From: Candidatus Heimdallarchaeota archaeon
Lineage (GTDB): Archaea; Asgardarchaeota; Heimdallarchaeia; JABLTI01
NCBI GenBank assembly: GCA_019056785.1
Contig: DXJV01000068.1
Coordinates: 1 to 64,000 of the forward strand
Direction of reading: 5' to 3'
Length of the DNA stretch: 64,000 nt
How positions within the stretch are numbered: the first letter of the stretch is position 1; each line of letters begins with the position of its first letter. The position numbers and the translations under genes were made by a program. The notes under the pieces are model-generated. The model was not told where the DNA came from. It worked only from the letters and a program-made list of their open reading frames with translations, and did no database searches. This document shows, piece by piece, positions 1 through 10,721 of this stretch.

Positions 1-42
1 TAAGGACGGGTGTTATGCTGTTGCACCTGAAACTTGATTGTT

Positions 43-1640
43 TTAGCAATATAATAAATGCTTTCGGAATATTTTCTTAGGAGTGATTTTTCTCTTTTCG
101 CAAAAGAAACGGCTAATACCAGATATTATGAGTATGGCAGCTTCTCCAGCGCCAATTGCAATTGCTGTTGCAAGGTTTAGTTTTGGCTCTTTATTGATAT
201 CACTTTCAATGATTAATTCTGTCCAGTTGTCTCCCCCAGTATCGATTTCACAGCTGAGGGTTGTCCGACTTTGATTGTTTTTATCTGGTTTCCCTTCCAG
301 ACTATTTCATCATTGACAACATGCTTTGCGGTCAGATTCACCGGCAAGCTTGCACTTGCTGCTGTAGTGGCATTAATGACTACCTTGATTTTCGGCGCAC
401 CGTTCTTATTTACAGGTATACTCATTGTAGGGATTTAATAGTGCACGTTCCTAGGATGAGTGTATCGATGAATTCTGCTCCAGGGACGCCCATCTCTATA
501 CCCATGGTAAAAGGTTCGCTCGATAAAATAACCTAGATCGATCATTCATCGATTGTGCCGAGAAGGAATAACAAGTGGATTCATTTCGAATGCGACCAAA
601 CAGCTCGCGACCCTTCGTAAGATTCAATGCTAATTCTGTGGCAAGTATCGAGGTGTAATCGTCGAATATCGCTTTAAAATGTATTATCTCTCCAGTTGGG
701 GAGGTGCTCGAGATCATTTTTCTTAAATCGAATAATGCCACTGAAGGCCATTGCGCATTACTCCCATACTTTCTCTGGCGGATAACGTACGGGGTCCATT
801 GCCGCATCAAAGCCTACTTGTGCTAACTCCAGAGGTGTCATGGAAGTGTCTCGGCTCAAAGCATAAAGGATGCCCCTTGAATGGTAGGACGCCAAGCCAC
901 TTTGCATTGTTTCCCCGGCAACAGCAAAATCCACTAGGTCTGCTAGTTCCCACATAACTTCGAAGGACCCCCTGAACAGGTGTCCAGAAAGAGCACATCC
1001 ACCCCACCAGTTACCGAGAGTGCTGTTCTTATTTCTCCAACAGTTAGGCAATCGCCTAAAGCGTAGTCATAGTAGGATGTGGGGCATGATAGTCATAACA
1101 AAAGCCTGCATAACCCATTCCATGGTCAGCCAACACCAGAGCATAGTTGTTTGCCGGGAAATGATTTTTTGTATAATCAATATAGTTTGTGAGCGTAACA
1201 TAACTGTCCATATTCGTCTGCCCCCAATCTGCCAACAAATAATAGCCATTTGCCTGTATACTGAAGAGACTTGCATGACCATAGGGGTTGCTTACAGTAT
1301 AGGGATAGTTATAAAGGACAATAACATTCAAATCATTTTTAGGACCGGGCAAAAGATCATATGCCTGGAGGGAGGTTAAGGTGTTTGCCAAAGCAGTGTG
1401 AATAAAGTTGCGCTATTATCTAAACTCGAGGTGACATTATGTTCCCTTGTATCCGCACAGAAGTACAACACAACGGTCCAGTTTTTTCACAGCTCGCACT
1501 CGAGTGTCGGTTTGCTGTGAAAAGATCATAGCAGTATTTTCTGCAATTAAATTCATCAAGTTAAAACTCGAGATTAAAAGAATAAGCCCAAGAGTAACAT
1601 TCCTTCTGTATTTTTCTTTCAATGATGATCGCATCCACAA
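43..1640 (-). pseudogene. Clostripain-family (C11) cysteine peptidase, secreted and C-terminally anchored, broken by several 1-bp frameshifts (pseudogene or sequencing error)
   Basis: Joining frames gives a signal peptide, then NWTVVLYFCAD, NMDSYVTLTNYIDYTKNHFPANNYALVLADHGMG (catalytic His), VDVLFLDTC (catalytic Cys codon at 976-978), SFEVMWELADLVDFAVAGE and a C-terminal hydrophobic helix. The 3' end is approximate. Confidence 0.8.
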
Positions 1641-1863
1641 AAAGCATTCCTAGTAATTAGTGCTGTTTTTTTCCCACTTAAACTTAGCTAAAAAAATTTA
1701 GCCATATTAACTTAACGGCATTCAAAAGCGGCTTGTTGCCTATGTAATTGTTGTCTTGTCTTGGCCGCTTCAAAACGATGGTTCTTACAAGGTTCGAGGA
1801 AAGACAGTGGCTCTCACAACCTCTACTAGGTCTTTAACCAAGGTAATTCTTGTTTTAATGTCG

Positions 1864-3114
1864 TCACTCATTTTTAATGTTCGTTAAAATTACGCCAATA
1901 ATAAAGAAGCCAATGCCAAAAGCAAAACTAATGCCAATATTGTACCATGCTAGAGAGACATTCTTGGTTATCATTGTTGCCCGTAACGCATCGATTATAT
2001 AAGTGAGGGGGAGCAACTTGGAGATGACATTCACCCCAGCTATTCCTGAGACATCAAAAAAGGCTCCGCAAAGGAACATCATTGGAAACGCGAGGAAGTT
2101 TGCTGCAGCAGTAGCAGCGTCTGGGTTCTTAACAAACCTGGAACCTATCATTCCAAGGCCAGTGAACCCAAGGACTCCTGCGATCAAAATGGGTATCATT
2201 TTCCAATCAAGAACTTCAATAATCCACGCCGCCTTGCCAAAAGGGACTTTAAAGAACAACCAGCCAAAAATCATTATTGCTGCGGTTGATATTATCGCCA
2301 AAAACCCTTGCCAAACTGTTTCACCGGTCACGAGTTCAGTTCTTGTCATGGGTGTAGAAGCTAATTTCCTAAAAAGGCCTGCATTCCGGAAAGAGCTATA
2401 GCGGTTAATAGTCCCCATGACTGCATTATTCATCAATGCAACACCAATGATTCCTGGCACCAAGAAGTCGAGATATTCAATTTTTTCCTCGAGATAGATG
2501 TCTATAGTCTCCATGTCGATGTGTGTCTCGCTTTCCCCTGCGAGGAACAAGTTAAAGCCGTAGATAACCTCTTTGATGATATTGTAAACTATTTTTGCTG
2601 ACTGGGAGTTTTCGTCCATGATTACTGTAAGGTTTGCACTTGTAGCGTTATTATAGACTAACATTGTAAAATTCGCAGGTATGACCAAGCAAAAATAGCC
2701 ATCCACTTCTTCTAGATACTTCCCTGGGTCAATGGGGATGGTATGTTCATCTAATAATGGGATATAGTGAAGGATAAAAAGTGGCTCACTGTCATTCGTT
2801 TCCATTGTTGCTAAAGTTGTTAGAAGCGTTTCTGTGAGATTTATTTCCATTCCTGGGGCAATTTCAAAGCCAGCATCAGGTTCAGCCTGAATATATATGG
2901 TGAAGCTATTCAGCGTCTGTGTATGCTCTGAGAAAATTGCTCCGAAGAGGAGAATCAATATCACAGGATAAGCGATCGCGAAAAAGATCGTTAAAGGTGA
3001 ACGACGAAAATCAATGAAGCTTGCGCTTACAAAACCGAACACTCGCTTGAAAAACATCGTAATGCTTGTCTTTAGTCCATCTTTGTTAGGTTTGTCCTTC
3101 TTTTGTGGAGCCAT
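1864..3114 (-). CDS. ABC-2 type exporter permease
   Basis: N-terminal TM (FFAIAYPVILILLFG), extracellular loop, YLDFLVPGIIG, FPMMFLCGAFF and LPLTYIIDALR motifs. Confidence 0.9.
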   Translation of the reverse strand: MAPQKKDKPNKDGLKTSITMFFKRVFGFVSASFIDFRRSPLTIFFAIAYPVILILLFGAIFSEHTQTLNSFTIYIQAEPDAGFEIAPGMEINLTETLLTTLATMETNDSEPLFILHYIPLLDEHTIPIDPGKYLEEVDGYFCLVIPANFTMLVYNNATSANLTVIMDENSQSAKIVYNIIKEVIYGFNLFLAGESETHIDMETIDIYLEEKIEYLDFLVPGIIGVALMNNAVMGTINRYSSFRNAGLFRKLASTPMTRTELVTGETVWQGFLAIISTAAIMIFGWLFFKVPFGKAAWIIEVLDWKMIPILIAGVLGFTGLGMIGSRFVKNPDAATAAANFLAFPMMFLCGAFFDVSGIAGVNVISKLLPLTYIIDALRATMITKNVSLAWYNIGISFAFGIGFFIIGVILTNIKNE

Positions 3115-3127
3115 CTTTTTTTCACCT

Positions 3128-4336
3128 TTAATCTTTTTTCCAGATTGTTAGCGCAGAGCCAAGTATAAAGAAAATCACTCCCATAGCAATTGTTATTCCT
3201 AATGGCAGCCAAACTTTTGGGAGTGTTGCTTCCAACATTGCGGCTCGCATTGCTTTCGCAATATAATAGAGCGGGAAAATTCTCGCGATTTGTTGTAAAA
3301 ATTCCGGCATGACCTCTGGGGGGATAATGGATCCTGAGAGAAACATCTGTGGGAAAACAAAAGCCAATGTTGCTGCAACAGCTCCTTCTGGGCTTTTAAC
3401 GAACCTGGCGATTATCAGCGCCAAACCTGCAAAAGTCATGGAACCGAAAATGAGGATCACAACATGCAACGGATGAATGGCAGACAGTTGAAACCCAAAA
3501 GCAATCACCCCCGTTAAGGCTGTTAACAAAGCAATGACAAGGCTGATAATAATCTGCCAAATCTCTTGAGCTAAAGCCCATTCCCATTTTTTCATCGGTG
3601 TAGCAGACATCTTGAAGATTATCCCATTTCTCCTTCCTTCTGCTACAGTGCTAACAAGGCCCATCATTCCTGAAGTGGAAAGAGTAACCATAATAATGCC
3701 GGGGATATAAAAGTCAATGTAACTTAACTCCTCTCGCTCGGGGGTGGTTGTTGTTATTATTCCAATTGAGGTTTCTATGTTAAAGAGTTGCGCATTCAGC
3801 TCTTTTAGGGCATTGTCAATTATCTTCATAACTTCCGTTGAGCTCGTGTATCCGGGGTCGTAATAGTACTGAACCAATGCTTTTGGTGCTGAAGCATTCA
3901 GCAAAGAGGCATTAACCATTGCTGACCAGCCTTTGGGGATGCGCAATAGATAGGCGGCGTTCTGTTCTTTCATCCAATTTTGTGGCAATATTTCTGAGGT
4001 GTTAAAATTAACTGGAATAAGCTTTATGCCGAGTGCTTCCCCCAAAGAATCATTGTTTAATCCCAGCTCTGTTAAAAGCTCTTGAGCAGGGTAGTAGGGG
4101 AGTGTTGCATTGCCAACTTGATAAGTGTCTTCATTTAAATAGGGAAGAGAATAGAGTGTGGTGGTTCCCTCGCCGGCAAAGAGGTAACCAAAGAGCAAAA
4201 TCATGATGATGGGATAAATGAAGGTGAAAAAAACAGCTGCAGGCGAACGCACCCAACCAAGACCGATCCTCGAGGTCTCCGCCCAAATACGCCGCAGACT
4301 AAGATAGATGTTCTTGAAGAATCGTCTCTTACTCAT
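3128..4336 (-). CDS. ABC-2 type exporter permease
   Basis: FFTFIYPIIMILLFG, YIDFYIPGII, FPQMFLSG and FPLYY motifs; paralog of the adjacent permease. Confidence 0.9.
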   Translation of the reverse strand: MSKRRFFKNIYLSLRRIWAETSRIGLGWVRSPAAVFFTFIYPIIMILLFGYLFAGEGTTTLYSLPYLNEDTYQVGNATLPYYPAQELLTELGLNNDSLGEALGIKLIPVNFNTSEILPQNWMKEQNAAYLLRIPKGWSAMVNASLLNASAPKALVQYYYDPGYTSSTEVMKIIDNALKELNAQLFNIETSIGIITTTTPEREELSYIDFYIPGIIMVTLSTSGMMGLVSTVAEGRRNGIIFKMSATPMKKWEWALAQEIWQIIISLVIALLTALTGVIAFGFQLSAIHPLHVVILIFGSMTFAGLALIIARFVKSPEGAVAATLAFVFPQMFLSGSIIPPEVMPEFLQQIARIFPLYYIAKAMRAAMLEATLPKVWLPLGITIAMGVIFFILGSALTIWKKD

Positions 4337-4362
4337 CTCAACACCATCTCTTTGTCTCTCTC

Positions 4363-5313
4363 TTAGTCTTCATCACCACGCTCGCCAAGCAAGCGTTCTC
4401 CCGTCAAATTGAGGAATACATCCTCGAGGGATGGTCTTTGGGTGATGATGTCTCTATAGGGAACCTTCTCTTTCTCTAGAAGCTCTATAACCTCCGCTAT
4501 TTTGGCTTTTTTAGTAGAGATCATAACTTCTCCCTCAGCCGTTTCCATAGGACCGAGTTGAAACAATGTTCTGTGAATCAAGTCGCGCGTTTTGCTCGAG
4601 CTTCCTCGAACGATGATTTTATTCTCGCTTCCGTATTTATCGATCAGCTCTGCTGGGGAGCCAAGAGCAACAATTTTTCCCTTATGGATGATCGCCACAG
4701 TATCTGCCAAAACTTCTGCTTCTTCCATATAATGGGTGGTCAAAAAGACAGTCTTTCCTTTCTGTTTTAACCCCTCTATCACCGCCCAGGTTTCTCGTCG
4801 CGCTCGTGGGTCAAGGCCGGTGGTGGGTTCGTCTAGAAAAACAAGTTCAGGGTCATTCACAAGAGCAATGGCTATTCCCAAGCGACGCTGCAACCCTCCC
4901 GAGAGGTTTTTATACCGTTCCTTTGCTTTCTCCTCGAGGTTTACAAGAGCAATTAAGTCGTCAATCGGGAGATTTTTAGCATACATTCGACTCCAGAATT
5001 TCAGATTTTCTCTCACGGTAAGGTTTTGGTGTGTATTGAATTCTTGTGGTAAAGTACCAATCTTCTTTTTCAGTTGTTCTAAATCCTGTCTTTTATCAAT
5101 GTCATAACCGAGGACATATGCCTTCCCACTTGTCTTTGTCCGGACACCTTCGAGGATTTCCACGGTGGTTGTTTTGCCAGCGCCATTAGGTCCAAGGAAA
5201 GCAAAGACTTCTCCTTTCTTAACCTTCAGTGAAATACCATCAACCGCCACAACATTCTTGTACTTTTTAACTAAATCCTCTGTTATTATTGCGTGCTCGT
5301 TCTCCAGTTTCAA
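4363..5313 (-). CDS. ABC exporter ATP-binding protein (DrrA/CcmA-like)
   Basis: Walker A GPNGAGKT, LSGG signature, VFLDEPTTGLD, TTHYMEEAE, C-terminal PSLEDVFL. Confidence 0.95.
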   Translation of the reverse strand: MKLENEHAIITEDLVKKYKNVVAVDGISLKVKKGEVFAFLGPNGAGKTTTVEILEGVRTKTSGKAYVLGYDIDKRQDLEQLKKKIGTLPQEFNTHQNLTVRENLKFWSRMYAKNLPIDDLIALVNLEEKAKERYKNLSGGLQRRLGIAIALVNDPELVFLDEPTTGLDPRARRETWAVIEGLKQKGKTVFLTTHYMEEAEVLADTVAIIHKGKIVALGSPAELIDKYGSENKIIVRGSSSKTRDLIHRTLFQLGPMETAEGEVMISTKKAKIAEVIELLEKEKVPYRDIITQRPSLEDVFLNLTGERLLGERGDED

Positions 5314-5606
5314 TGGACGCCCCTCGATCAGTGGTTCTATTTCTGTTCTCTTATTTTTATTTTAAACATCAATAGTTTTTTTTACTGATTACCTTAATAA
5401 ACTGTTTCTTTTACGAATAGTTCTCTCTCCAAGCCCCCCTTTTTATGATATATTGGTTATTTTACCTTAGAAGAATTAAAAATGTTCAGTGAACAATCCT
5501 TTCCACTAATTACAACTCTGCTATTACGAAATTCCCTCGAGAGAACTTGTGAAAAAAAAGAAAGAAAAAGCTGGGAAAGTGTCTTTCCCAAACTATTAGA
5601 GAGTGT

Positions 5607-8600
5607 TTAGGCTCGTTTTTTCTGCCGTTTTATTAATGCCCAGCCGGCAAGGCTCACTGTAATAAGGGGTATGATTATTGTTAGAAGTGTTGGCCCTGAG
5701 GAAGAGGTTGATGGTTGAGCAATGTCAATTTTATAGAACACGCCGCCGTTATTGTCTGTGGCTTTGTTATGTGCCACAGAATTGTCGTAGGCAACGATAT
5801 AGTACTCGATTGTATCTCCGGCATTGAACCGTCCCAGAGTGGCTTCATAGACATTTCCTCCTGTATTGGTCATGTTTACTAACATCCAGGAGGTGGTGCC
5901 AACCAGCCGGTAGAACAGCTGCACAAGTTGAATGCCGTTTGTATCGATAGCAACACAAGTGACAGTGATTAGATCATTTGCAATGGGGTTCTCAGGAGTG
6001 TGACCGAGAACATCAAGGGTGGGTGGTGTTGTGTCATCAGTTACAACTACAAAGGAATAATAATTCCCGGAGTTGTCTTCTATTGCAATATTTGCCGAGT
6101 CGGCGTTATCTTCGGCAAGTAGATAGTATTCAATTTCATCGCCATAACTAAATGGCCCTATTGTTGCCTGATAGTTTGTTCCTGCTACAAGGGTCATTTC
6201 CACGAGAATCCATTGTCCTTGATTCTTTCGATAGTAGAGTTTCACGGCGCTAATACCATTTTCATCTGTGGCATTACAAGAGATAACAACTGTTTGACCA
6301 TCCAAAGGTTCGGACGGTATATGGCTTATATTTTCAATTACAGGCGAGCCAGTATCAACAATAAAGAAGGAGGTGGTGGACCAATTACCCCAATTACCAG
6401 CGATGTCTCTTGCTCTCACATGCCAGAAATACGTGCCATCTGCAAGGGAGACCGCCGTGTAATAGGCAGTTGTTACATTGAGATTTATTACCAGACTCGA
6501 GTAGTCTTCAAACAAGCTTACCTGTATTTGGTATTCAACGGCATCCACAATTTCAGTCCAATCAAAGCTGACAGTTGAAGAGCTTGTAATCGACTCATTT
6601 ACCGGGTTTTCATTAACAGGCGTGGTTGGGACTGCGGTATCAACATGGAAGTGCCATACTGCACTCCATTCTCCCCAATTGCCTGCAGCATCTTGCCCAC
6701 GAACTCGCCAATAGTATGTACCATCGCTAAGCGTTGCCAGAAGATAACTGGTCTCAGTCGTTTGGATATTAACGATCAAACTCGAGAAATCAACGTCATT
6801 ATCCAATTGTAATTGGTAATTCACGGCTTCACTTAGAGTGTCCCAGTAAAGAGTGGGGGTAGAACCTAAGATAACATCATTGGCTGGCTCGTCCAGTGTG
6901 ACTTGTCCGGGCGCTACGGTATCAATTTCCAAATCCCAGACGGAACTCCAGCTGCCCCAGTTGCCTGCTGCATCACGAGCACGTACCCGCCAGAAGTAGG
7001 TGCCATCTGCCAATGTGCCTACAATATAATAAGCATTTGAGGTTGTAGAGGAAACAATGGGGCTTGAAAAGTCAGCATCATTATCCAGCTGGACTTCGTA
7101 AAGAGTTGCTCCTGTGACGGTGTTCCATTCTAACTGTGGTGTATTATCCATTATCAATGCATGGTTTGCGGGGGAAGACAAAACAGGTGCTGCTGGTGCA
7201 ACAGTATCAACTTCAAACGTACGTATTTCACTCCAACCGCCCCAGTTGCCGGCAGTGTCCCTGGCACGCACCCGCCAGAAGTAGGTGCCATCGCTAAGTG
7301 AACTTGTGGTATAGAAGAGATCGACAGTAGTGTCATCAATTATTGGACTTGAGAAATCAATGTTGTTATCAACCATAATCTGATAACTAACGGCAGTCGT
7401 TACAGCAAACCAACTTAAGGCAACAGTTGCATCATTTGTAACGGTGCCATTCACTGGCGCATCCAAAGTGACTGTTCCTGGTGGTGTGGCGTCAAGCTGG
7501 AAGGTCCAAACAACGCTCCAGCTGCCCCAATTGCCCGCAGCATCACGAGCACGTACACGCCAATAGTATGTGTCATCACTTAATGGCGAGGTGACTTGAT
7601 AATAAGTGTTACCCGTTGTCGTATCAATAATCGTACTTGAAAAGTCATTGTTATCATCGAGCTGGATTTGATAGATTGACGCACCTGTTACAAAACTCCA
7701 ATCAAGATAGGGAGTATCATCATTTATTAGTGCACTGTCACTCGGAGACACAAGGGTTGGTTGCCCCGGTGGGACAGTATCTACTACAAAATCCCAGATT
7801 ATACTCCAGCTGCCCCAGTTGCCCGCAGCATCGCGAGCACGAACGCGCCAATAGTATGGGCCATCACTTAGTGTTGAAGTGATTTGATAAGATGTCGCAC
7901 TGGTAGTTATATCAATAATGGTGCTTGAAAAATCGATATTATTATCAAGTTGGAGACGATAGAGATTTGCACCACCAACATTAGTCCAATCAAGCAATGG
8001 TGTGTTATCATTTATCCTTGCCCCGTCACTTGGAGAGACCACGCCAGCTTGACCAGGGGGAACAGTATCGATCTGGAAACTCCAAACACTGCTCCAGCTA
8101 CCCCAATTACCTGCAGCGTCCTGAGATCTCACCCGCCAGAAATAAATCTCATCAGAAAGGCTTGAAGTAGTGACATAGGTATTTGTTGTATAACTACTAA
8201 AGTCTGGGCTTGGAAAGGTATTTTCAGTATCCACTTGGATTTGGTATTGATATCCTCCTGAAGCAGCAGACCAAGTAAGGGTAGGAGTATTATCATTAGT
8301 AATTGCCCCATTAGATGGTGAAATCAATGAGGGTGTCCCCGGTGGTGTTGTATCCACTGTGAAATGCCAGGCAGCACACCAGCCACCCCAGTTTCCGGCA
8401 GCATCTCGGGCACGTACGCGCCAATAAAGGGTTGTATCGCCAAGAGTGGGGGTTGTATAAAAACTATTGCTTGTAGTAGTATCGATTATTGGACTTGAGA
8501 AATCGTTTGTATTATCAACCTGCACTTGATAAAGGTTCGCACCGGAAACGCTGTTCCAATCAAGTGTGGGGGTATTGTCGTTAATCAAGGCTCCATTTCC

Positions 8601-9182
8601 CGGTGAGACAAGAGTTGGTACCCCAGGAGGAACGGTATCAATAGTAAAACTCCAAACGTCACTCCAATCATACCAGATATCAAATTGATCCTTATAACGG
8701 ACACGCCAATAATAGGTTCCATCAGAAAGACTGCTACAAGTATATTGAGATGCGGCCGTTTGAGAATTAACGATTGGACTTGAAAAGTCGTTATCATTAT
8801 CTAGTTGAACATTATAGGTAATAAAGTCTCCTGTGACATCTTTCCAATCTAAAGTCGGAGTGGCATCATTAATTATTGCACCATTAGAAGGCGACAATAG
8901 AATAATTCCGGGAGCATCTTTTGGGGTGATCTCATAGAACCCAACGGGGGCAGGATTTGTTGTCAGCACCTTTGCTAAGAACTCGTTAATTTGCCCCTCT
9001 GTAAAACCCGCTGCGAGTAAAATTTGCCACAGCTCCAAAACAGAGAAGTTGTTTGTCATGTTACTTTCCATTTCAGTGCCTTGTTGCTTCCCAAGAGAGT
9101 TTACATAACTCAAAGAAGACAAGAAAAGAAAGCCGAGAGTAACAACAACAAAACATCTACTTTTGATTTTTCTTTTATTCAT
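5607..9182 (-). CDS. Large cell-surface protein: signal peptide, 9 tandem ~95-aa FN3/Ig-like repeats, 2 further Ig-like domains, C-terminal TM and basic tail
   Basis: Nine copies of P.L.SP.N...TP.L.W...Y..Q.D...FSS...Y(Y/F)WRVR..D.AGNWG.WS..W.F.(I/V)DT; ends LLTIIIPLITVSLAGWALIKRQKKRA. ATG at 9182 preferred over the upstream start at 9191. Confidence 0.85.
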   Translation of the reverse strand: MNKRKIKSRCFVVVTLGFLFLSSLSYVNSLGKQQGTEMESNMTNNFSVLELWQILLAAGFTEGQINEFLAKVLTTNPAPVGFYEITPKDAPGIILLSPSNGAIINDATPTLDWKDVTGDFITYNVQLDNDNDFSSPIVNSQTAASQYTCSSLSDGTYYWRVRYKDQFDIWYDWSDVWSFTIDTVPPGVPTLVSPGNGALINDNTPTLDWNSVSGANLYQVQVDNTNDFSSPIIDTTTSNSFYTTPTLGDTTLYWRVRARDAAGNWGGWCAAWHFTVDTTPPGTPSLISPSNGAITNDNTPTLTWSAASGGYQYQIQVDTENTFPSPDFSSYTTNTYVTTSSLSDEIYFWRVRSQDAAGNWGSWSSVWSFQIDTVPPGQAGVVSPSDGARINDNTPLLDWTNVGGANLYRLQLDNNIDFSSTIIDITTSATSYQITSTLSDGPYYWRVRARDAAGNWGSWSIIWDFVVDTVPPGQPTLVSPSDSALINDDTPYLDWSFVTGASIYQIQLDDNNDFSSTIIDTTTGNTYYQVTSPLSDDTYYWRVRARDAAGNWGSWSVVWTFQLDATPPGTVTLDAPVNGTVTNDATVALSWFAVTTAVSYQIMVDNNIDFSSPIIDDTTVDLFYTTSSLSDGTYFWRVRARDTAGNWGGWSEIRTFEVDTVAPAAPVLSSPANHALIMDNTPQLEWNTVTGATLYEVQLDNDADFSSPIVSSTTSNAYYIVGTLADGTYFWRVRARDAAGNWGSWSSVWDLEIDTVAPGQVTLDEPANDVILGSTPTLYWDTLSEAVNYQLQLDNDVDFSSLIVNIQTTETSYLLATLSDGTYYWRVRGQDAAGNWGEWSAVWHFHVDTAVPTTPVNENPVNESITSSSTVSFDWTEIVDAVEYQIQVSLFEDYSSLVINLNVTTAYYTAVSLADGTYFWHVRARDIAGNWGNWSTTSFFIVDTGSPVIENISHIPSEPLDGQTVVISCNATDENGISAVKLYYRKNQGQWILVEMTLVAGTNYQATIGPFSYGDEIEYYLLAEDNADSANIAIEDNSGNYYSFVVVTDDTTPPTLDVLGHTPENPIANDLITVTCVAIDTNGIQLVQLFYRLVGTTSWMLVNMTNTGGNVYEATLGRFNAGDTIEYYIVAYDNSVAHNKATDNNGGVFYKIDIAQPSTSSSGPTLLTIIIPLITVSLAGWALIKRQKKRA

Positions 9183-9366
9183 AACTCTCAACTCTATCTA
9201 ATTAAAACCTGAGTCCATAAATAATAACTCGATAAAAATGATGGGTTCACCACCTTTAAAAAATTATTCAAATTAATTATGAATTGTATATCATTATTAT
9301 CCCTTTTTCTGGTCTGGAACTTGCTTTTTCGACAAAATGACGGGCTATTTCTTAAAGGTGATTTTG

Positions 9367-10314
9367 TTATACTTCAATAAAATCCATTATTTTCGAATTG
9401 AACTCCAAGACTTTTATCGGGTCATATGTAATATTTGAAAATCGATAGGTGAAATTCCAGAATGCACTGTCAGTGGATATGAGGGCATTAAAATTACTTT
9501 TTGTGTAGAGGATCCGAACGAGTGTTCGTAGTGCAATCTTATCCTCGACCATCCGGTAGAATTCACGCAAAGCATCTAATCCCTCTGTATTTGAAAATGC
9601 AATGAGGTTTGTGCCTCCTCGCTCAACAAAGTCAAGAAACGCAAGGTTCATCGGACTGATTTTTGGGTCGAGATTCTTAAACTGAAAATTCAATAAATCA
9701 ATGGAGTTTGTGACGTATTTTCCAAGGGGGCTGAGATAGTAGGGGCCAGTATTCTTTTCGTATGTCACCAGCCCTAAATATTCACCGATATTTGCTAACA
9801 CTTTAGCAATAACCATCTCATTGAAGGGGATATACGCTCCTCGTCGAATAATGTCAGAGATGCGCAAAGCTTTGATATCAGAGGTATGTCTCAAGATTTG
9901 TGCTCCAAGCTTCGTTCGTATTTCGTTCAAATTAGCTCCGGGATTGTTCTGCAAGTACTTTAAAAAAATCTTAAAGGGCAACCAGGAGAGAAAGAAGGGA
10001 GTGAGTGGTTGAACAATAGATTGCCCTGGTTTCTTCTTATCAAGCACAAATTTCGTGAAGTTAGTCAAGATAAATGTGTCGAGTTCTCCTTCAGGCTTTT
10101 TCTCGATGGCAAGCACGCCGATATGTTGTAGTAAATTAAAAATCGTTTTGGCGATATCTGACTTGAAGCCCAAAATTTCTCGCCCGTCTTCAATGGTCAT
10201 ATTCTTTCGTTCTAACATTGCTGTGATAAGTGGTTCAAGATACTTAAGATCTGCAAAAGCAGTTCCTGTTGCCTCGAGGTAAGCCTGAACCGCAACATAC
10301 TTTGGTAAAATCAT
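9367..10314 (-). CDS. Hypothetical protein, probable tandem winged-helix domains
   Basis: Two similar units ending LQHIGVL...FILTNF and GEYLGLV...YYLSPLG, typical wing motifs; no specific family recognised. Confidence 0.5.
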   Translation of the reverse strand: MILPKYVAVQAYLEATGTAFADLKYLEPLITAMLERKNMTIEDGREILGFKSDIAKTIFNLLQHIGVLAIEKKPEGELDTFILTNFTKFVLDKKKPGQSIVQPLTPFFLSWLPFKIFLKYLQNNPGANLNEIRTKLGAQILRHTSDIKALRISDIIRRGAYIPFNEMVIAKVLANIGEYLGLVTYEKNTGPYYLSPLGKYVTNSIDLLNFQFKNLDPKISPMNLAFLDFVERGGTNLIAFSNTEGLDALREFYRMVEDKIALRTLVRILYTKSNFNALISTDSAFWNFTYRFSNITYDPIKVLEFNSKIMDFIEV

Positions 10315-10721
10315 CGTTCTTCTTCTCTGCTAATTTTATACGCGCTAATTCTCATATACTGCTTATCAATTATAATTTTTATGACTCACAAGGAACAATC
10401 TGGCTTTATTGTTCTATAATTGCCCTCAAGCTATTCCATCTTTATATATTAGCCACAAGGCCCGCCAAAGCACCAAATAATCATCCTTTTAATTGCGAGA
10501 TTTGAACGTTCCTGACTTACAACGCTTGCAACAACTCTAGCGAGATTGTTATTCCAGGTATTTGAAAAAAGATATGAATTCTAGAGCAGTTAGTGGCTCC
10601 GGCAGTTTTATGTTAACAAGAAAAGAAAAATGATCATGGCGCCCAAAACTGTTTCTAAACTTTTGTTCGAGATGTTTTAAGTAAAATGGAGGAGGTAAGT
10701 TAATACATAGGTGATTATCGA

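Noticed and set aside
1726-1770. AAGCGGC/GCCGCTT inverted repeat in an intergenic region
   Set aside because: Only 7 bp with a 31-nt spacer and a single occurrence; compatible with chance.
6330-8900. Regularly spaced DNA repeats as a CRISPR array or DGR template/variable repeat
   Set aside because: The period is ~285-290 bp, the repeats are in frame within one ORF, and no cas or reverse transcriptase gene is in the window.
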